This document shows positions 48,641 to 61,300 of a DNA stretch of 64,000 bases, piece by piece. Numbering within the stretch: position 1 is the first letter of the stretch; every line of letters starts with the position of its first letter. The notes beneath the pieces are model-generated. The model searched no databases. It was not told the DNA's origin and saw only the letters and a list, made by a program, of their open reading frames with translations. The translations under genes and the position numbers were made by a program. Source of the DNA: Stegostoma tigrinum (Eukaryota); the NCBI RefSeq assembly GCF_030684315.1, contig NC_081385.1:29169247-29233246 (forward strand). The letters run 5' to 3'.

Positions 48641-51124
48641 ATCAACAGAGTGGATTTCTGAGCGATGTAATATTTATGCTGTATGTGTGGACTTTCACCA
48701 GGTATTTGAAACTTAAGTCTATGAAATTGACACCATACTGGCAGTGTGAACAGAGACATAGAGTGTAGCGACGAAGAGTTGATTTTCAAAATGGTGGCCA
48801 GTGGGCAGTGGTGCTTCCCATAAGTTGGTATTGGGGCCACTCCTGTTTTTGATATTTATTAATTGCCTGGTCTTGGGTAATCATGACATAATTTCAGTGT
48901 GTTGATGATGTGAAATTCAGTAATGAAGTAAACAGAGTGAAATATATTAAGTTTGGAAGTGCAGTTTCATGAGGGTATAAAGAGACTGGCAAAGTAGGCA
49001 GACAAATGCTGAACAAAATTTTACTTAAATATAATGTGATACATTTTTGTAGGAAGAATGAGGAGAGTACTATAAACTAAATGCTACAATTTTAAAGAGG
49101 GTGCAGGAACCGAACGAACCTAGAACTAAGTGCAAGCAAGACTTTGATGGTGGCGGCATAAATTCAGAAAGGGTTTAAAATGCCTGGAACCCTTAGCTTC
49201 TTTAGAGAAAAATTCGATACAAAAACAAGGAAATTACATGAACACTTTGTAAAACACTATTGGAACTCATGCAGTTGAAGCATTGTGTTCGGTTTTCGAA
49301 CAATAAGGCCTTCAGGAAGGTGCAGAAGAGACGTAGTGGTACTGAGGATGAGAGAAATCAGTTCTATGGAGAGACTGGAGAAGTTGGTGTTGTTCTCTTG
49401 AGACAGACAAGGTGAATGGAAGATTCGATAAAAGGTGTTCAAGCACAGAGTAAATAACAAGAAACTGTTTCAATGTCAGATGGGTTGTCAAACACAGGAA
49501 ATACAAACTTAAGTCGAATGGCACAAGAACGAGAAATGACCTAAGGATTCTTTTCTCTAAGTAAGCAGCAAGTTGTTGTGATTAAACATGCACTGCTGTC
49601 CAGGGCAGTAGAAGCAGATCCAATAGTAGTTTTCAAAACTGAATTGGATAAATTCTTGAAGAGAAAAATAAATTGCTAGGCAGTTAGCAAAGGATTTGCA
49701 ACAATAGTGCATTTTACCAAAGTGCTGGACCAAACACAGTGGAACCTGCTTCTATAATAAGGAGAGTAAAATAAAAATAGAAGATACAAGTGGTATGGTC
49801 CTGGATGACCACATCCAATACCTTTGGCATTTTCCACCTGTGTCTCTTAGGCTTAGCGGTATACTCAATAGAATGCTAATCCAGAGACCTAGGCTCAAAT
49901 CCCACCAATTTTTAATGCAGTTCACTGCCATCAATCCTCCTTCAACATTTTTTTTTGTGTTAGGTTTGTCAAGTGATTATTGATAGAGGATGCACCACTG
50001 TAGTGTATCCACAGAACAGCCTTAGTTCTTATATGCCAATAAGAAATGTTATTGCATAATAGCAATAAGAACAACAATATTTAGTCAGGCATAATGACCG
50101 TGACCTTGGAGAGGTGGTACAGATATAACTGCTCTGTTCAAAAACCAGAGTAAAACTCCTTGTCTCCGACCACCAACTGTATGTGCCAACTCCAACAAGA
50201 CAGAATATAATCTTCACCCCTTGACATCCAATGGCAGCACCAATGCCGAATCCCACTGCTAATATCCTGGGGGTTATCATTGATGGGAAACTGAACTGAA
50301 CCAAACTTACAAATACAGTAGTTACAAGAGCAGGTCTGAGGCTGGGAATTCTGCAATGAGTAACAATTAATGTTTTAAAATCATTGGCTGTGGTAGGAAT
50401 TGATGCACTTTTAAAAACAAGCTGCTGAAACTCATTGTGTACCATGCTCATACTGCTGCTTGGTTCATGAAGTGGGGAAGCTGTTTGTAAATGGCCTGGT
50501 ATCAAGAATCTATACAGGCAGTTTTGGCCAGTAATAAGTAGCTGATTGGTTAGTGCAGTATGACCAGTCATGGACATCAAAGATCATCAGTCTAACAATG
50601 ATTTTGATTGTTTTTTAGGTAGCAGAATAGCTTGTGGTGTGGATGTTGCAGTGTGGATGTTTGATCCACTGAAAGGCACATTTTGTGTACTTATCTCTGC
50701 ATTAAAAATACCTGATTCTGAAAGAAAACTGCCTTTTTCTCTTGACCAGTTGCTGTAAACTATTGCCTTTAGCCAGTAACTCAGAGACTTTGCAGTTGAT
50801 GTACCAATTGTCCTATGCATCATGCTAGGAAGTGAAGGATCCTGGAGAAGAGACTGAAGAACAGAAAGTCCTGGTAAATCAAAAGGATCATTTTAGTAAA
50901 GCCTGTGAACTAATTCTATTTAGCCATGATTTCAGTATCTTATTCACTCCACCCATAAAAGCAATGTTTTATTTTTGTTTGCCTGCATCTGTTTTCATGA
51001 GTGTTTCATGGTTTAAAAGGGTTTTGAGTTTTAATTAATCAAGCTGTATGTTGGTAGCTCATAGCTGTTTATTCATGATAAGAATTTACTTATTTACAAT
51101 AAATAGTAACTCTTCTTCCTCTTT

Positions 51125-52110
51125 GCACCATGATCACTAATGAATTTTTACAACCTAAGCTGATTTGCTCCCTTTGGAACTTTTAGCTGGTCTCCAGATA
51201 CTTGTGACTGAATTTCTGTCCTGTGTGTAGTTGTATGAGTTCTCTAACTGCTTGCTTGTGTTGTACCTTTTTCATTTTCCTTTGTCTTTGAGCCACAGTG
51301 GCTAGGGCTTGAATCTCATGAATGGTTATGTTGCTGAGATCTGTGCATTTTGGTAATCCTGCCCCTGCTGGAACACTAGCATCTACCAGGTAGAAGATGT
51401 TGGAAATCCAGCATCATGTTTATGGGGTACCACAGTGTGACTGTGCCACTGTATGGATTTGAGGATACACGTTATGCTGTGTGAGATGTTCCTTTCTAGG
51501 TTTTATCATGGTCTGCCACCTTTTGGTTTACCTGTCTTTAGGTGAGTAGAAGTAATACAGTGGCATCAGTTCCTATATCAATTTTGGATTTCTGGTGGTG
51601 TTAACCTGCCTTCTGGAGAGAAACGATACTGATGGTTATAAAACCTCTGATCATCATTTCACTGACACGATATGTTAAACTGTTAATGTAAAAGGCCTGG
51701 TCATCCTCCAGTTTGCTTTATAGTTTGGTGGCCATTTGTTGATATCATTCAGATGACTGTCAGCATTATGGTATTGCACCACCTTGGTGATCACCAGGGT
51801 CTTGTTCCAGGACCTGGCTCGGCTTTTGAAACCAGACAGTTGAAATCCTTTTAGCTGCTGATTCCACTTTTAACCAATAAGAATTATTTCAACTACTGTA
51901 ACGTCACTTTTACATCGGGAACTTCACTGTCTTTATTTTTGTGAAAAAAAAACTGAAGAGCTTCTAGTTGTCATACCTTGAACTTTAAGCAGAAAGAAGG
52001 TAAGTCTGCCTGCAGGCTACTTAGGTTGGAGATTTGTATACACATAAACCGAATGTAGTTTAGTCTTCGTTGAGGATTCTAATACAAACTGTTTGTGAAA
52101 CTGACTACCA
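51125..52110 (-). mobile_element. Ty3/Gypsy gag-protease relic
   Basis: Minus strand 51585-51553 encodes KIDIGTDATVL, similar to the aspartic protease KIDTGAxxTV motif. A PBS-like TGGTAGTCAG lies near 52110-52101. Confidence 0.5.
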
Positions 52111-53711
52111 TGATGTGAGATGATGCGACAGTCTTATGTGATACTTGTGTCAGCTCATGAGACATGGGTCATGTAGTACAAAAGATTTAAATTAGCTTTT
52201 ATTATACCACCTAACATATACATATGTACACTATAATCACAGGCACTTGCACAACTGGGCTCAAGCTAAGCAATTCAGATACATTGTAGCATTCTTTCCT
52301 CAGTGCTTCATGCTGCAAAGGGGCTCAGCAAGATGGAGCCTGAGACCTTTAAACCATTAGTTCAAATGTCCTGACATGGTGATGACATCATGAGGGTGCC
52401 CTTTAAAGATATCTTCCCGATCTGCTGCTTTGAAGAGACTAGCATGAGAGTCTAGCAGAAAAAGCAAAGTCATGAATCATTAAAGATATAAAAACCCCAG
52501 AACTCAGTAAGTTAGCCACAATTTCACAGGGAAGAGTTATGAAAACTGCAGCTGGACAATTTTTAAAAAATGTGTAGAGTGAAGTGCATGTTGGATTTAA
52601 TTATAAAAAGAGGGAAAGATATCACTTTTACCTGGAAGGAAAACTTAATTGACTCTATGATTACAACCCTTTATGCTGTTAACTATGTTATATAAATGCA
52701 GATTTTTATTGTTAGTGGGGGTACTCAATGACTCCTTTGCATCAATGCCACAGATTGCAAAGGAAGCTTAACACTGTAAGTTGCACACAGCTAATACTGT
52801 GCCGTTAGCTACCTTCCTCAGAAAGCACATATTGCAAAATCCACCCTTACAGAAGATCCATATGCACCCTAGAGCAAATCAAGCTGCGAGATAAACCAAA
52901 TTATCAACAAACGTATGGACCTAGTTTATTGTTGGACTCTATACAGTCAGTCAATTACATTCAAATCCAAATCAATTACACTCCAAACCAGCCTTCGTTC
53001 TATTGACTCTGTTTTCTCAAGGCAGTGGGAAGAATAGACGACAAGTGTAATCTCAGATCCCTCCCACCTTGGTCATATTCTCTTCCTCTCTCTTCCCTTG
53101 GGCAAAAGATACAAAACTTTGAAAACAAGTGCCAAGAGATTTGAGAACAGCTTCTTCCCGCTGTTATAGAGTCATAGGGCTATACAGCATGGAAACAGAC
53201 TTTTTGGTCCAACTCATCTATGCCGACCTGATATCCTAATGAAATCTAATTCCATTTGCCAGCTTTTGGCCCATATCCCTCTAAACCCTTCCTATTCATA
53301 CACCCATCCAGATGCCTTTTAAATGTTGTAACTGTACCAGCCTCCATCACCTCCTCTGGCAGCTCATTCCATACACACACCACCCTCTGTGTGAAAAAAA
53401 TTCCCTTGTGTCCCTTTAAGTCTTTCCCCTCTCACTTTAAACCTATGCCTCTAATTTTGGAGACTCCACGCTGGGACAAAGACTTTGGCCACCCTCCAGT
53501 CTCCGATGCTCCAGGGGAAAAAAAAATCCCAGCCTATTCAGCCTCCTCTATAGCTCAAACCCTCCAACTCTGGCAAATTTCTTGTAAATCTTTACTGAAC
53601 TCTTTCATGTTTACCAACACTTTTCTGACCTCAGGAAGACCAGTATTCTTTTCGCGGCCTCGCTAACGTCTTGTACAGCTGCAACATGACATCCCAACTC
53701 CTATACTCAAT

Positions 53712-53935
53712 AGAGATAATGGGAACTGCAGATGCTGGAGATTCCAAGATAATAAAATGTGAGGCTGGATGAACACAGCAGGCCAAGCAGCATCTCAGGA
53801 GCACAAAAGCTGACGTTTCGGGCCTAGACCCTTCATCAGAGCTCTGATGAAGGGTCTAGGCCCGAAACGTCAGCTTTTGTGCTCCTGAGATGCTGCTTGG
53901 CCTGCTGTGTTCATCCAGCCTCACATTTTATTATC
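53712..53935. mobile_element. Perfect palindromic PLE terminal-repeat insert (family A)
   Basis: 53748-53841 and 53842-53935 are exact reverse complements with no spacer. TSD TCCTATACTCAATA at 53699-53712 and 53934-53947, with microhomology at the edges. Confidence 0.95.
53842..53873 (+). ncRNA. Minimal hammerhead ribozyme (mirror copy on the minus strand at 53810-53841)
   Basis: CUGAUGA 53844-53850, GAAAC 53864-53868, GUC 53869-53871. Identical to 3824-3855. Confidence 0.85.
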
Positions 53936-55931
53936 CTATACTCAATACACTGACTAACGAAAGCAAGCCTGGCAAACCACCCAGTCTATCTGCAACTTGA
54001 TTTTCAAGAAACTATGCACCTGCACCACGAGACCTCTTTCTTCCACAGTGCTCCCCACGGCCCGACCATTAACTGCTAATAGACTTATGAATGGACTTTT
54101 CATATACTAGAGTTGATCTTTCTCTGCACCTTCTCTGTTGCTGTAACACTATATTCTGCACTTTGTTCTATTATCCAGATTTATATAAGGTGTGGCTGGT
54201 CTGAATAACACACAAAATGATACTTTTCACTGTATCTCAGTACACATGACAATAATAAATCAAACCAAATCAAAAAATAAAAAGGAGAGATTATTTGCAA
54301 AACTCTAGTTGACAACAGAAATTCAATGGTCTTCGCCCGTGTCTCCATTTCTGTTGTTGAGCTGTTGGGGATAATAATCTAATGCCTCCACATTACAAGG
54401 CACATCTTCCATGACCTCAGAATATCCTAAATCACATCAAGTAATTCTAAAACATAATCACTGTTGTGATATAGGAAATGCACTGCCAATTTCTGCACAG
54501 CAGCCTCCCACTAATAAAAATGAAAGGTTTTACTCTGAAACTGGAGTCAATAAATGCTAGTCAGTTCCGCTGTTCTTCATCAAATAGTGGTATGAAACTT
54601 TCATCTACTGAGCCTCTGTGATGTATTGTCCAGAAAACTGCACCTCAAGACATTTCAACACTCCTTCAGCACTGCTTTGAACTGCAGTTCTACATTATGT
54701 GGTTACTCGTGTTTCCAGTTTTCTAACATCTATAATTTATCCCAAAGGAACTCTTACAACATAATATATATTCAACCAAACTGATATATCAGGTCCACTG
54801 CCAGTTTAATATTTGAAAGCTCTTTCTATTGGTCGGAAACAGGAGGTTTTCTGTTTCTAGAATGGTGAAAGCTCATTAATTGTTTTCCAATGATGGAAGT
54901 CAAATAACTGGGGCAGTACCGTTAGAACTGCTTGAGAGCTGAACTCAAAGCATCAGACTGCAATGTATAATAAGATTAACAATGGATGGGGAGTTGTTCT
55001 GAAGATTGGCTGTGTTTTGAATAGTGAAGCCCATTTCATAATAAGATAAATTATATAGAACAGAGGTATTGTGCAAAGACTTGAATTTCCTAGTGTTGTG
55101 CATCATTATTGAGTATCTCCGAAACCATTCTCTTGATTAATATAACTTAGTTAAATAGATTTCTGAACCCAGATGTCCGGAAGGATCAACCCAGCAAAAG
55201 TTACATTTTTCAATCTCACCTCAAAGGCAAGCTCTTGTCTCTCATGATGGGGTGGGGATAAAAAATTAAACTGTTTTGGAAGTTTATCTCATTTGTAGGG
55301 GCAGTTCACCACTGCTTAATCAAGGTGTTTAGTGTTTCACAGTGTAAACAGAGCCCGGCATATACCTTAAAATTTTCTTTGTACTTCATTCCTGGTCACC
55401 ATGAAACACAGCAATATTATTTAAGAGATGAAAATATCTACCAACAGATAATGCTGCATAATATTGCATTTGTTTATTCCTACAATGGCTGCATAGTGAA
55501 ATGGAACTAAAACGTGAAACTCATGAAGAAAAATAGCGTCCATCGATTCTTTGTGAATTCCACCTGCCTCATTCAACTTCTCAGAAGGTTTGCCATCACA
55601 ACTTCAAACCTAAAATTCAAAGTCACTACTTTGGGTTTTTCTTTCCGGTTAAGCCTTAGGGACTCCACTGGTTAATTTTAAAATATCCATAAATGTCATT
55701 TTTGAGCTGGAATTTGACTACAGCAACCGGCGCAAAAATGTTTCCTGCTCCTGGTATCTCTGCTGTAATCGTAAACTCTCAGTGCATTTGTAAATTGAGA
55801 TGCTGAAAGTAAAAAGGCATTTGACCTTCAATAATAGGCACAATTTTTTTAGAAGTGTTTAGCATAAATGAAACAAGTTTCTAGAAGTACATCAACCACC
55901 TCCCGTCATGATTTTAAAGCAATATTCTTAC

Positions 55932-55992
55932 CATTAAGTACAGCCAGTATTGACAGTATTGAAGTCCAGAGTGTCAACTGCGCTGCGTTCAT
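55932..55992 (-). CDS. Probable first coding exon of a secreted or membrane protein gene (signal peptide)
   Basis: Kozak-like ATCACCATGA at 55992. Translates to MNAAQLTLWTSILSILAVLN+G and ends at the donor G|GTAAGA (phase 1). It lies directly downstream of the CpG-rich promoter. The gene is not recognised. Confidence 0.65.
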
Positions 55993-56400
55993 GGTGATTC
56001 CTACAGTTTAATATCCAAAGAGACAAGCAGCTCCGGATTAGTTTCCCTAGAAAGTAATCTCTCGCACGAGAAGCTTGCAAACACACGACCTCAATTAATT
56101 CAGGACACCGACCTGCTGCACGATGCGGTCGTTTAAACCTTCGCCGGCCGGCAGAGACTGTGAACACGCGTGCAGACCATCAGCGATGTGACATCGGGTA
56201 CTGGTCGCCTCAAAGCTCTTGCAAGCACTCTCCAGTCCTTGGGAGTCCCCGGGAGCCGCCTGTCAATCAAAGCCCCTACCTGTCCGGGCAGGAGGCTCCG
56301 CCCCGTCACGCATTGGGGGCCAATCACCACCAGCACTTTGTCTGGAACGGCTTGATTGGCTCACTGCCTGCCAATCAAGCTCACCTGCGGGTTGACTCCA
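55980..56400 (-). promoter_or_regulatory. CpG-island-like promoter with a GC box and multiple CCAAT boxes
   Basis: The only CpG-dense non-repeat stretch in the window. CTCCGCCCC at 56296-56304; CCAAT/ATTGG at 56312-56316, 56320-56324, 56355-56359 and 56371-56375; CGTCA half-CRE at 56304. Confidence 0.75.
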
Positions 56401-56879
56401 CCCCCAACCCCCTGGTGGGTTCAATTCCCACTGAGAAAAAAAACACCTGCAATTACAGTGACAGTTCTCGTTATTTATTGCCATAAAACCAATAAATACA
56501 ATTGCTTAACTTCAGGCATATGAACAGAGTTTCCAAATTATTTGTTATTGTTAGGTTTAACTTTAGCATTTCATTGTTGTGGTGCAGAAGGAGACCATCT
56601 GGCCCAACATACCTGCACCAATTCTATAAGGTACAGTCAATCATCTGCCTTTTCCCTATATCCCTAAACACCATTTCTACCCAAGTAGCCATCCAATGAA
56701 TGCCTTGGTTGAATTTGCTTTTTTTCACATCACTTTAAATCTATGCCCCATCAATCTTTTATTTCAGTGATTTTTACAAATTCTTTCATGTGGTTTGTTT
56801 TTGTAACACGTGTAACGAAAACAAGTTCAAATTCTACGACATCTTCCCAACCCCCTTAAAAACACAACCTGGTATCTAA

Positions 56880-57048
56880 AATAAAATATGAAAATCTGAA
56901 GATGCTGGAAATCTGAAACAAAGATCAAAATTGCTGGAGGGATGCAGCTGGCCTGGCAGCATCTGTGGAGAGAAAGCAGAGACTATGTTTTGGATCAACA
57001 GACGCTGGCAGACATACAGATTTTCTCCAGTAATTTCTATTTTTCTGT
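56880..57048. mobile_element. Old fold-back PLE terminal-repeat insert
   Basis: AGATGCTGGAAATCTGAAACAAA...GGCAGCATCTGTG followed by the inverted CAGACGCTGGCAGAC...CTCCAGTAATTTC. No clear TSD. Confidence 0.6.
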
Positions 57049-57494
57049 CACATGCTTAATGCTTGTACCTTACAGCTTAAACACTTTAATGTCCATCTCA
57101 GCATTCAAATCATCACCACTACAGTAATGATGCAGAATATGGTACTAAAAATTGTGTTAAAAAATCCCACATTTGTGCAGCATGCTTTTGTAGATATCAC
57201 AAAGCATTTTATTGTCAATGCAATAGTACTGCAGGAAACCAGGTAACCAAATTGCATGCAGCAAGCTTCCACAAACAGAAATAGCATGAATTACTGTTCA
57301 CCAACAATGTCAGCTGAGGGATAAATATCTGCTAAGGCAGGAAGAATTACCTCCCTATTCTTTGAAATAATGGTCTGAGACATTTCCTACCTGAGAGTGC
57401 ACACGGGCTCTCATTTTGATGCCCCAGTGATAGCGCAACAGTCCCCCAGCAATGCACCGAAGCATGAATGTGGACTTTGCTCTCCAATTATATT

Positions 57495-59590
57495 TTGTTC
57501 ACTCAAGGAATGTGAGTTTTGCTGGATGGCCCAACATCTATTGCCCAACCCTAATTGCCCTTAAGAAAGTGGTGGTAAGCTGCCTTCTTGAACTGCAGCA
57601 ATTCATTTAATGTATGTGCCCCCCACAATGCCGTTAGGGAGGGAGTTTCAGGATTTTGACCCAGCAAAACTGAAGTAACAGTGATGTACTTCCAAGACTT
57701 GATAGTGACAGTCTTGGAGGGAGATTTGTAGCTAGTGGTGTTCCCATGTCTGCTTCCCGTTCCTTCTAGATGATAATGCTCATGAGTGCAGAAGGTGTTG
57801 TCTGAGGAGCTGTCTGCAGTGCATTTTGAGGATGGTATGCACTGCTGCTGCTCACAATTGGTGGTGGATGTTTGTGGATGTGGTGCCAATCAAGTGGGCT
57901 GCTTTGTCCTGGATGGTGCTAAGCTTCGTGAGTGTTGTTGCAGCTGCACTCATCCAGACAACTGGGGAGTACTCCAAGATAGTCCTGACTTGACCCTTAT
58001 GGATGGCAGGCAGTGGCTGGGAGACAGGGGGTGAGTTACTCGTTGTAGGATTCCTAGCCTCTGACCTGCTTTTGGAGCCATTGAATTTATATGGCTAATC
58101 CAGTTCAGTTTCTAGTTAAGGGTAAACCCAGGATGTTTTAGTAGAGAATGCAGAGATGGTAACAACATTGACAATAGTTAGATTCTTCCTTGCTGGAGCT
58201 GCCTGGCATCTGTGTGGCACAAATGTCCAGAGAAAGCCCAAGCCTGGATATTGTCCAGATATTAATTCATTTGAACTTGGGCTGCTTGAGTGTCTGAAGA
58301 GTCATGAATGGTGATGAACACTATGCGATCATCAGCGAACATCCCCACTTCCAACTTGATAGCGGAGGGAAGGACATTGATAAAGTAGCTGAAAATGACG
58401 TGGCTTAGGACACAACCCTGAGGAGCTCCTGCAGAAATGCCCTGGAGCTGAGATAACTGACCTCCAACAGCCAGAACCATCTTCCTGTGTGCCAGGTATG
58501 ACTCCAAAAAGCAAAGAGTTTTCGGCTGGATTTGCTGACTCTAGTTCTACTCGGGCTTGTTGATGCCATGCTTAGTTAAATTGTGACTTTGGTGTCAAGG
58601 GCATTACTCTCACCTTACTTTTGGAATTCAGCTCTTTTGTCAATGCTTGAGCCAAGGCTGTAATAAGGTCAGAAGCTGAGTCACCCTGGTGAAACCCAAG
58701 CTGGGCATCAGCGAGCAGGTTATTGTTAAATAAGAGCTGCTTGATAGCACTATTGATGACACCTTCCATCACTTTGATGATAATCAAGAGTAGACTGATG
58801 GTGCAGTAATTGGCTGGGTTGGATTTGTCCTTCCTATTGTTTAACCAGACACACCCGGGCAATTTTCCACAATGTTGACTGGATGCCAGTATTGTAGCTG
58901 CACTGGAACAGCCTGGCTATGGGTAAGGCAAATTCCAGAGCATATGTATTCAGTACAATTGCCAGTATGCTGTGAGTATCTCGTGCCTTCAACCTTTTCT
59001 TGATGTCAAGAGGACGGAATAAAACTGTCTGAAGACTGGCATCTGAGATGATGGAGTCTTCCCGAGAAGTCTATGAATATCCTCTACTTGGAATTTCTAG
59101 CTGAAGATTGTTGCAAATGCTTCAGCTTTATCTTTTGCAATGATGTGCTGGACTCTTCCATCATTGAGGATGAGAATACATCCTTCTCCAGTGAGTTGTT
59201 TAATTGTCCACCACTATTCACAACAGGATGAGGGCAGGACTGCAGAGTTTAGATCTTATCTATTGGCTGTGCAATCACTTAGCCCTGTCTATCACTTGCT
59301 GCTTTGGCATCCAAGGAACCATGTTATAACTTCACCAGGGTGACACCTTATTTTTAGGTGTGCTCCAGTGCATGCCATCCTGCACCCTTCGTTGAACCAG
59401 GGTTGGTCGCCTGCTTTGATGGTAATAGTAGAGTGGGCAATATGCCAGGACATGAGGTTGCAGATTGTATTGGAGTACAATTCTGGAGCTGCTGACGGCC
59501 CACAGAATCTCATGGATGCCTAGTCTTGAATTGATAGATCTCTTGACAGTCTGTTTCATTCAGCGTGGGGGTAGTGCAACAAAATATGAT
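57495..59590 (-). mobile_element. CR1/L2-group LINE ORF2 (RT) to 3' end, decayed
   Basis: QPWFNEGCR, KSNPANYCTISLL...KVMEGVIN...QLGFHQG...DLITAL, and SAGAPQGCVL...MFADD. Other fragments lie at 10885-11180, 14815-15150, 50060-50360 and 63575-63900. Confidence 0.85.
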
Positions 59591-60849
59591 GTTATTGAAA
59601 CCCATGACTTTGTAACCCAAAGGTGAATGCTACCAAGCGTGGTTTTTATCCACAGGGATGGTTAAATCTCAATAATAGGTTATTTCTCTTTACGTTTCAA
59701 ACCACAAATGGAACAGGGCGTGAAAAGTAAGACTACGATTCAAGTCAACTTTAAAAATGTCGCTGTTGTGCCCCTTCGACATTTTATGTTGAGTAAACAA
59801 TCAGAATCTTTTACTTGCACTTGCAATGGTAGGCAGGGTCATTGACATATAACCATTTGTTGATTATTTGCAAAAACATGTTCAAATTTGGTTAATAATT
59901 TCCCTGTGCTGGTTAGTCAGTAGGGCTTGTTGAGTTTCAGTATCTTCTTATCATATTTGTAATTTTTGTTAATTATTTCCTTCCCTTTCATTCAAGTTTC
60001 TCCCTAGTATGGCAGTCTCAGTCCTGCCAACACATAGCTAAGAACATTCCTGTAAGAAGAGCAGAACATTGGTGTTATTCTTGACATTTTGTATTCGGTA
60101 CAATTGCCAGAATGTCGTCAGTATTTCTTTGGTCTTTCTATTGGCATTGGCTCCGTCTTCCTCTTTCTAAGCATTAGGGTGCATGTTGGTATTGTATGGC
60201 ATGAAGAGGGGAGGAAGAGGAGAAAAATATTGCATTTCAAATGGGATTTCCCTATGGTTGCAGCTGATTTTCCATTATTTACATGCTCAACCTTTGAATT
60301 AGATGGTTGCATGTTCAAGCCCCATTCTAATGCAGTATCTCCCTGATTAGGTGATGTCCATTTGATGAAACATTAAATATCTGCCTTTTCATTTGGATAG
60401 AAAGATCCCATGGAGCTGTCTTGAAGAGGAGCAGGTGAGATTTCCCTACTGTCATAGCCATTTATACCTCAACCAGCTGATTATGGGGTTATTATTATAT
60501 CCCAACGTAAAAGATTTTCCAGTGAGCAAACTGGTGTTTCCATTGAAATGCTGGAACATTACAAGGAAAGTATTTAATGGGCTGTAAAACTCTCTGGGAT
60601 AATCTGAGATTGTGAAGGGTGCTGCATAAATACAATATTTTTGTTTACTGTGCAGCTGAAAATATCTTCCTCTATGTCAATAAGCAGGCCTATATTAAGT
60701 CCAATCTCTGATTCCTAATGTGTATGCACACCTCAGGGCAGGGGTAGTTCAAAATTAAAAAGCAGGACTATGAAGATATCACTCTGATTTACTATCAGAG
60801 CCATTACCAAATTGGCATGGAGTCAATGAGACTGGAGATTGGAGTAAGA

Positions 60850-61300
60850 GAAATGCGTTTTGATTCATGGGACACTGACTGTAGTACTAGGGAAAGAGGG
60901 AGCTCTAACTGTGGGCATTGTGCTGAAAACCTGTGACCTGGCATATTGTATAACTACGGCCTTAAAAAGGACCTTAGAGAAATTAAGGGGACAGAATGGT
61001 GAAGGGTTCACATGAAGGGAGATTTAGAGAGTTAAAAAGACAGTGCAGGTTAACAATATGGATAGTGATAATCAGAGAGTGATGGGAAATAACAAAACAT
61101 ACAGACATAAGAAAATACCAGTGAAACAGGGTCCAAATGGGGGATAAAATGTTAAAAAGACAGGATTCAAGGCTCTATCAGAATGCAAGCAACATTCACA
61201 AGATGGATGAATTGATGGCACAGATGGAAGTAAATAGATATCAAATTGGTGGACATTACAGGGACGTGATTGCAAAGTGTCCAAGATCTGAATATTCAAG
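60850..61300 (+). mobile_element. CR1 ORF1/ORF2 junction relic
   Basis: LYQNASNIHKMDELMAQMEVNRY resembles the APE N-terminus (YxNARSIxNKxDEL). Confidence 0.6.

Larger units (their letters stand above)
47250..49760 (+). mobile_element. Old CR1 LINE, fragmented by later insertions
   Basis: DVLNEYFATVFTK...LRLLREV, followed by decayed RT and 3' sequence up to about 49760. Confidence 0.65.
52985..54275 (+). mobile_element. Rex1/Babar-like 3' end split by a CR1 fragment (about 53168-54072, minus strand)
   Basis: Both flanks align to 23090-23461. CTGTTATAGA and CTGCTAATAGA mark the junctions, and the inner block is CR1 3' sequence. Confidence 0.7.

Noticed and set aside
50029-50580. 183-aa minus-strand ORF
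   Set aside because: It overlaps the antisense of a LINE fragment (about 50060-50360) and has no recognisable domain or splice signals.
55700-55802. Possible second exon 130 bp after exon 1 (acceptor TTTTTACTTTCAG)
   Set aside because: There is no convincing donor before an in-frame stop, and the peptide is unrecognisable.
56058-56071. TCTCGCACGAGA as the TCTCGCGAGA promoter motif
   Set aside because: A two-base insertion breaks the consensus, so it cannot be called.
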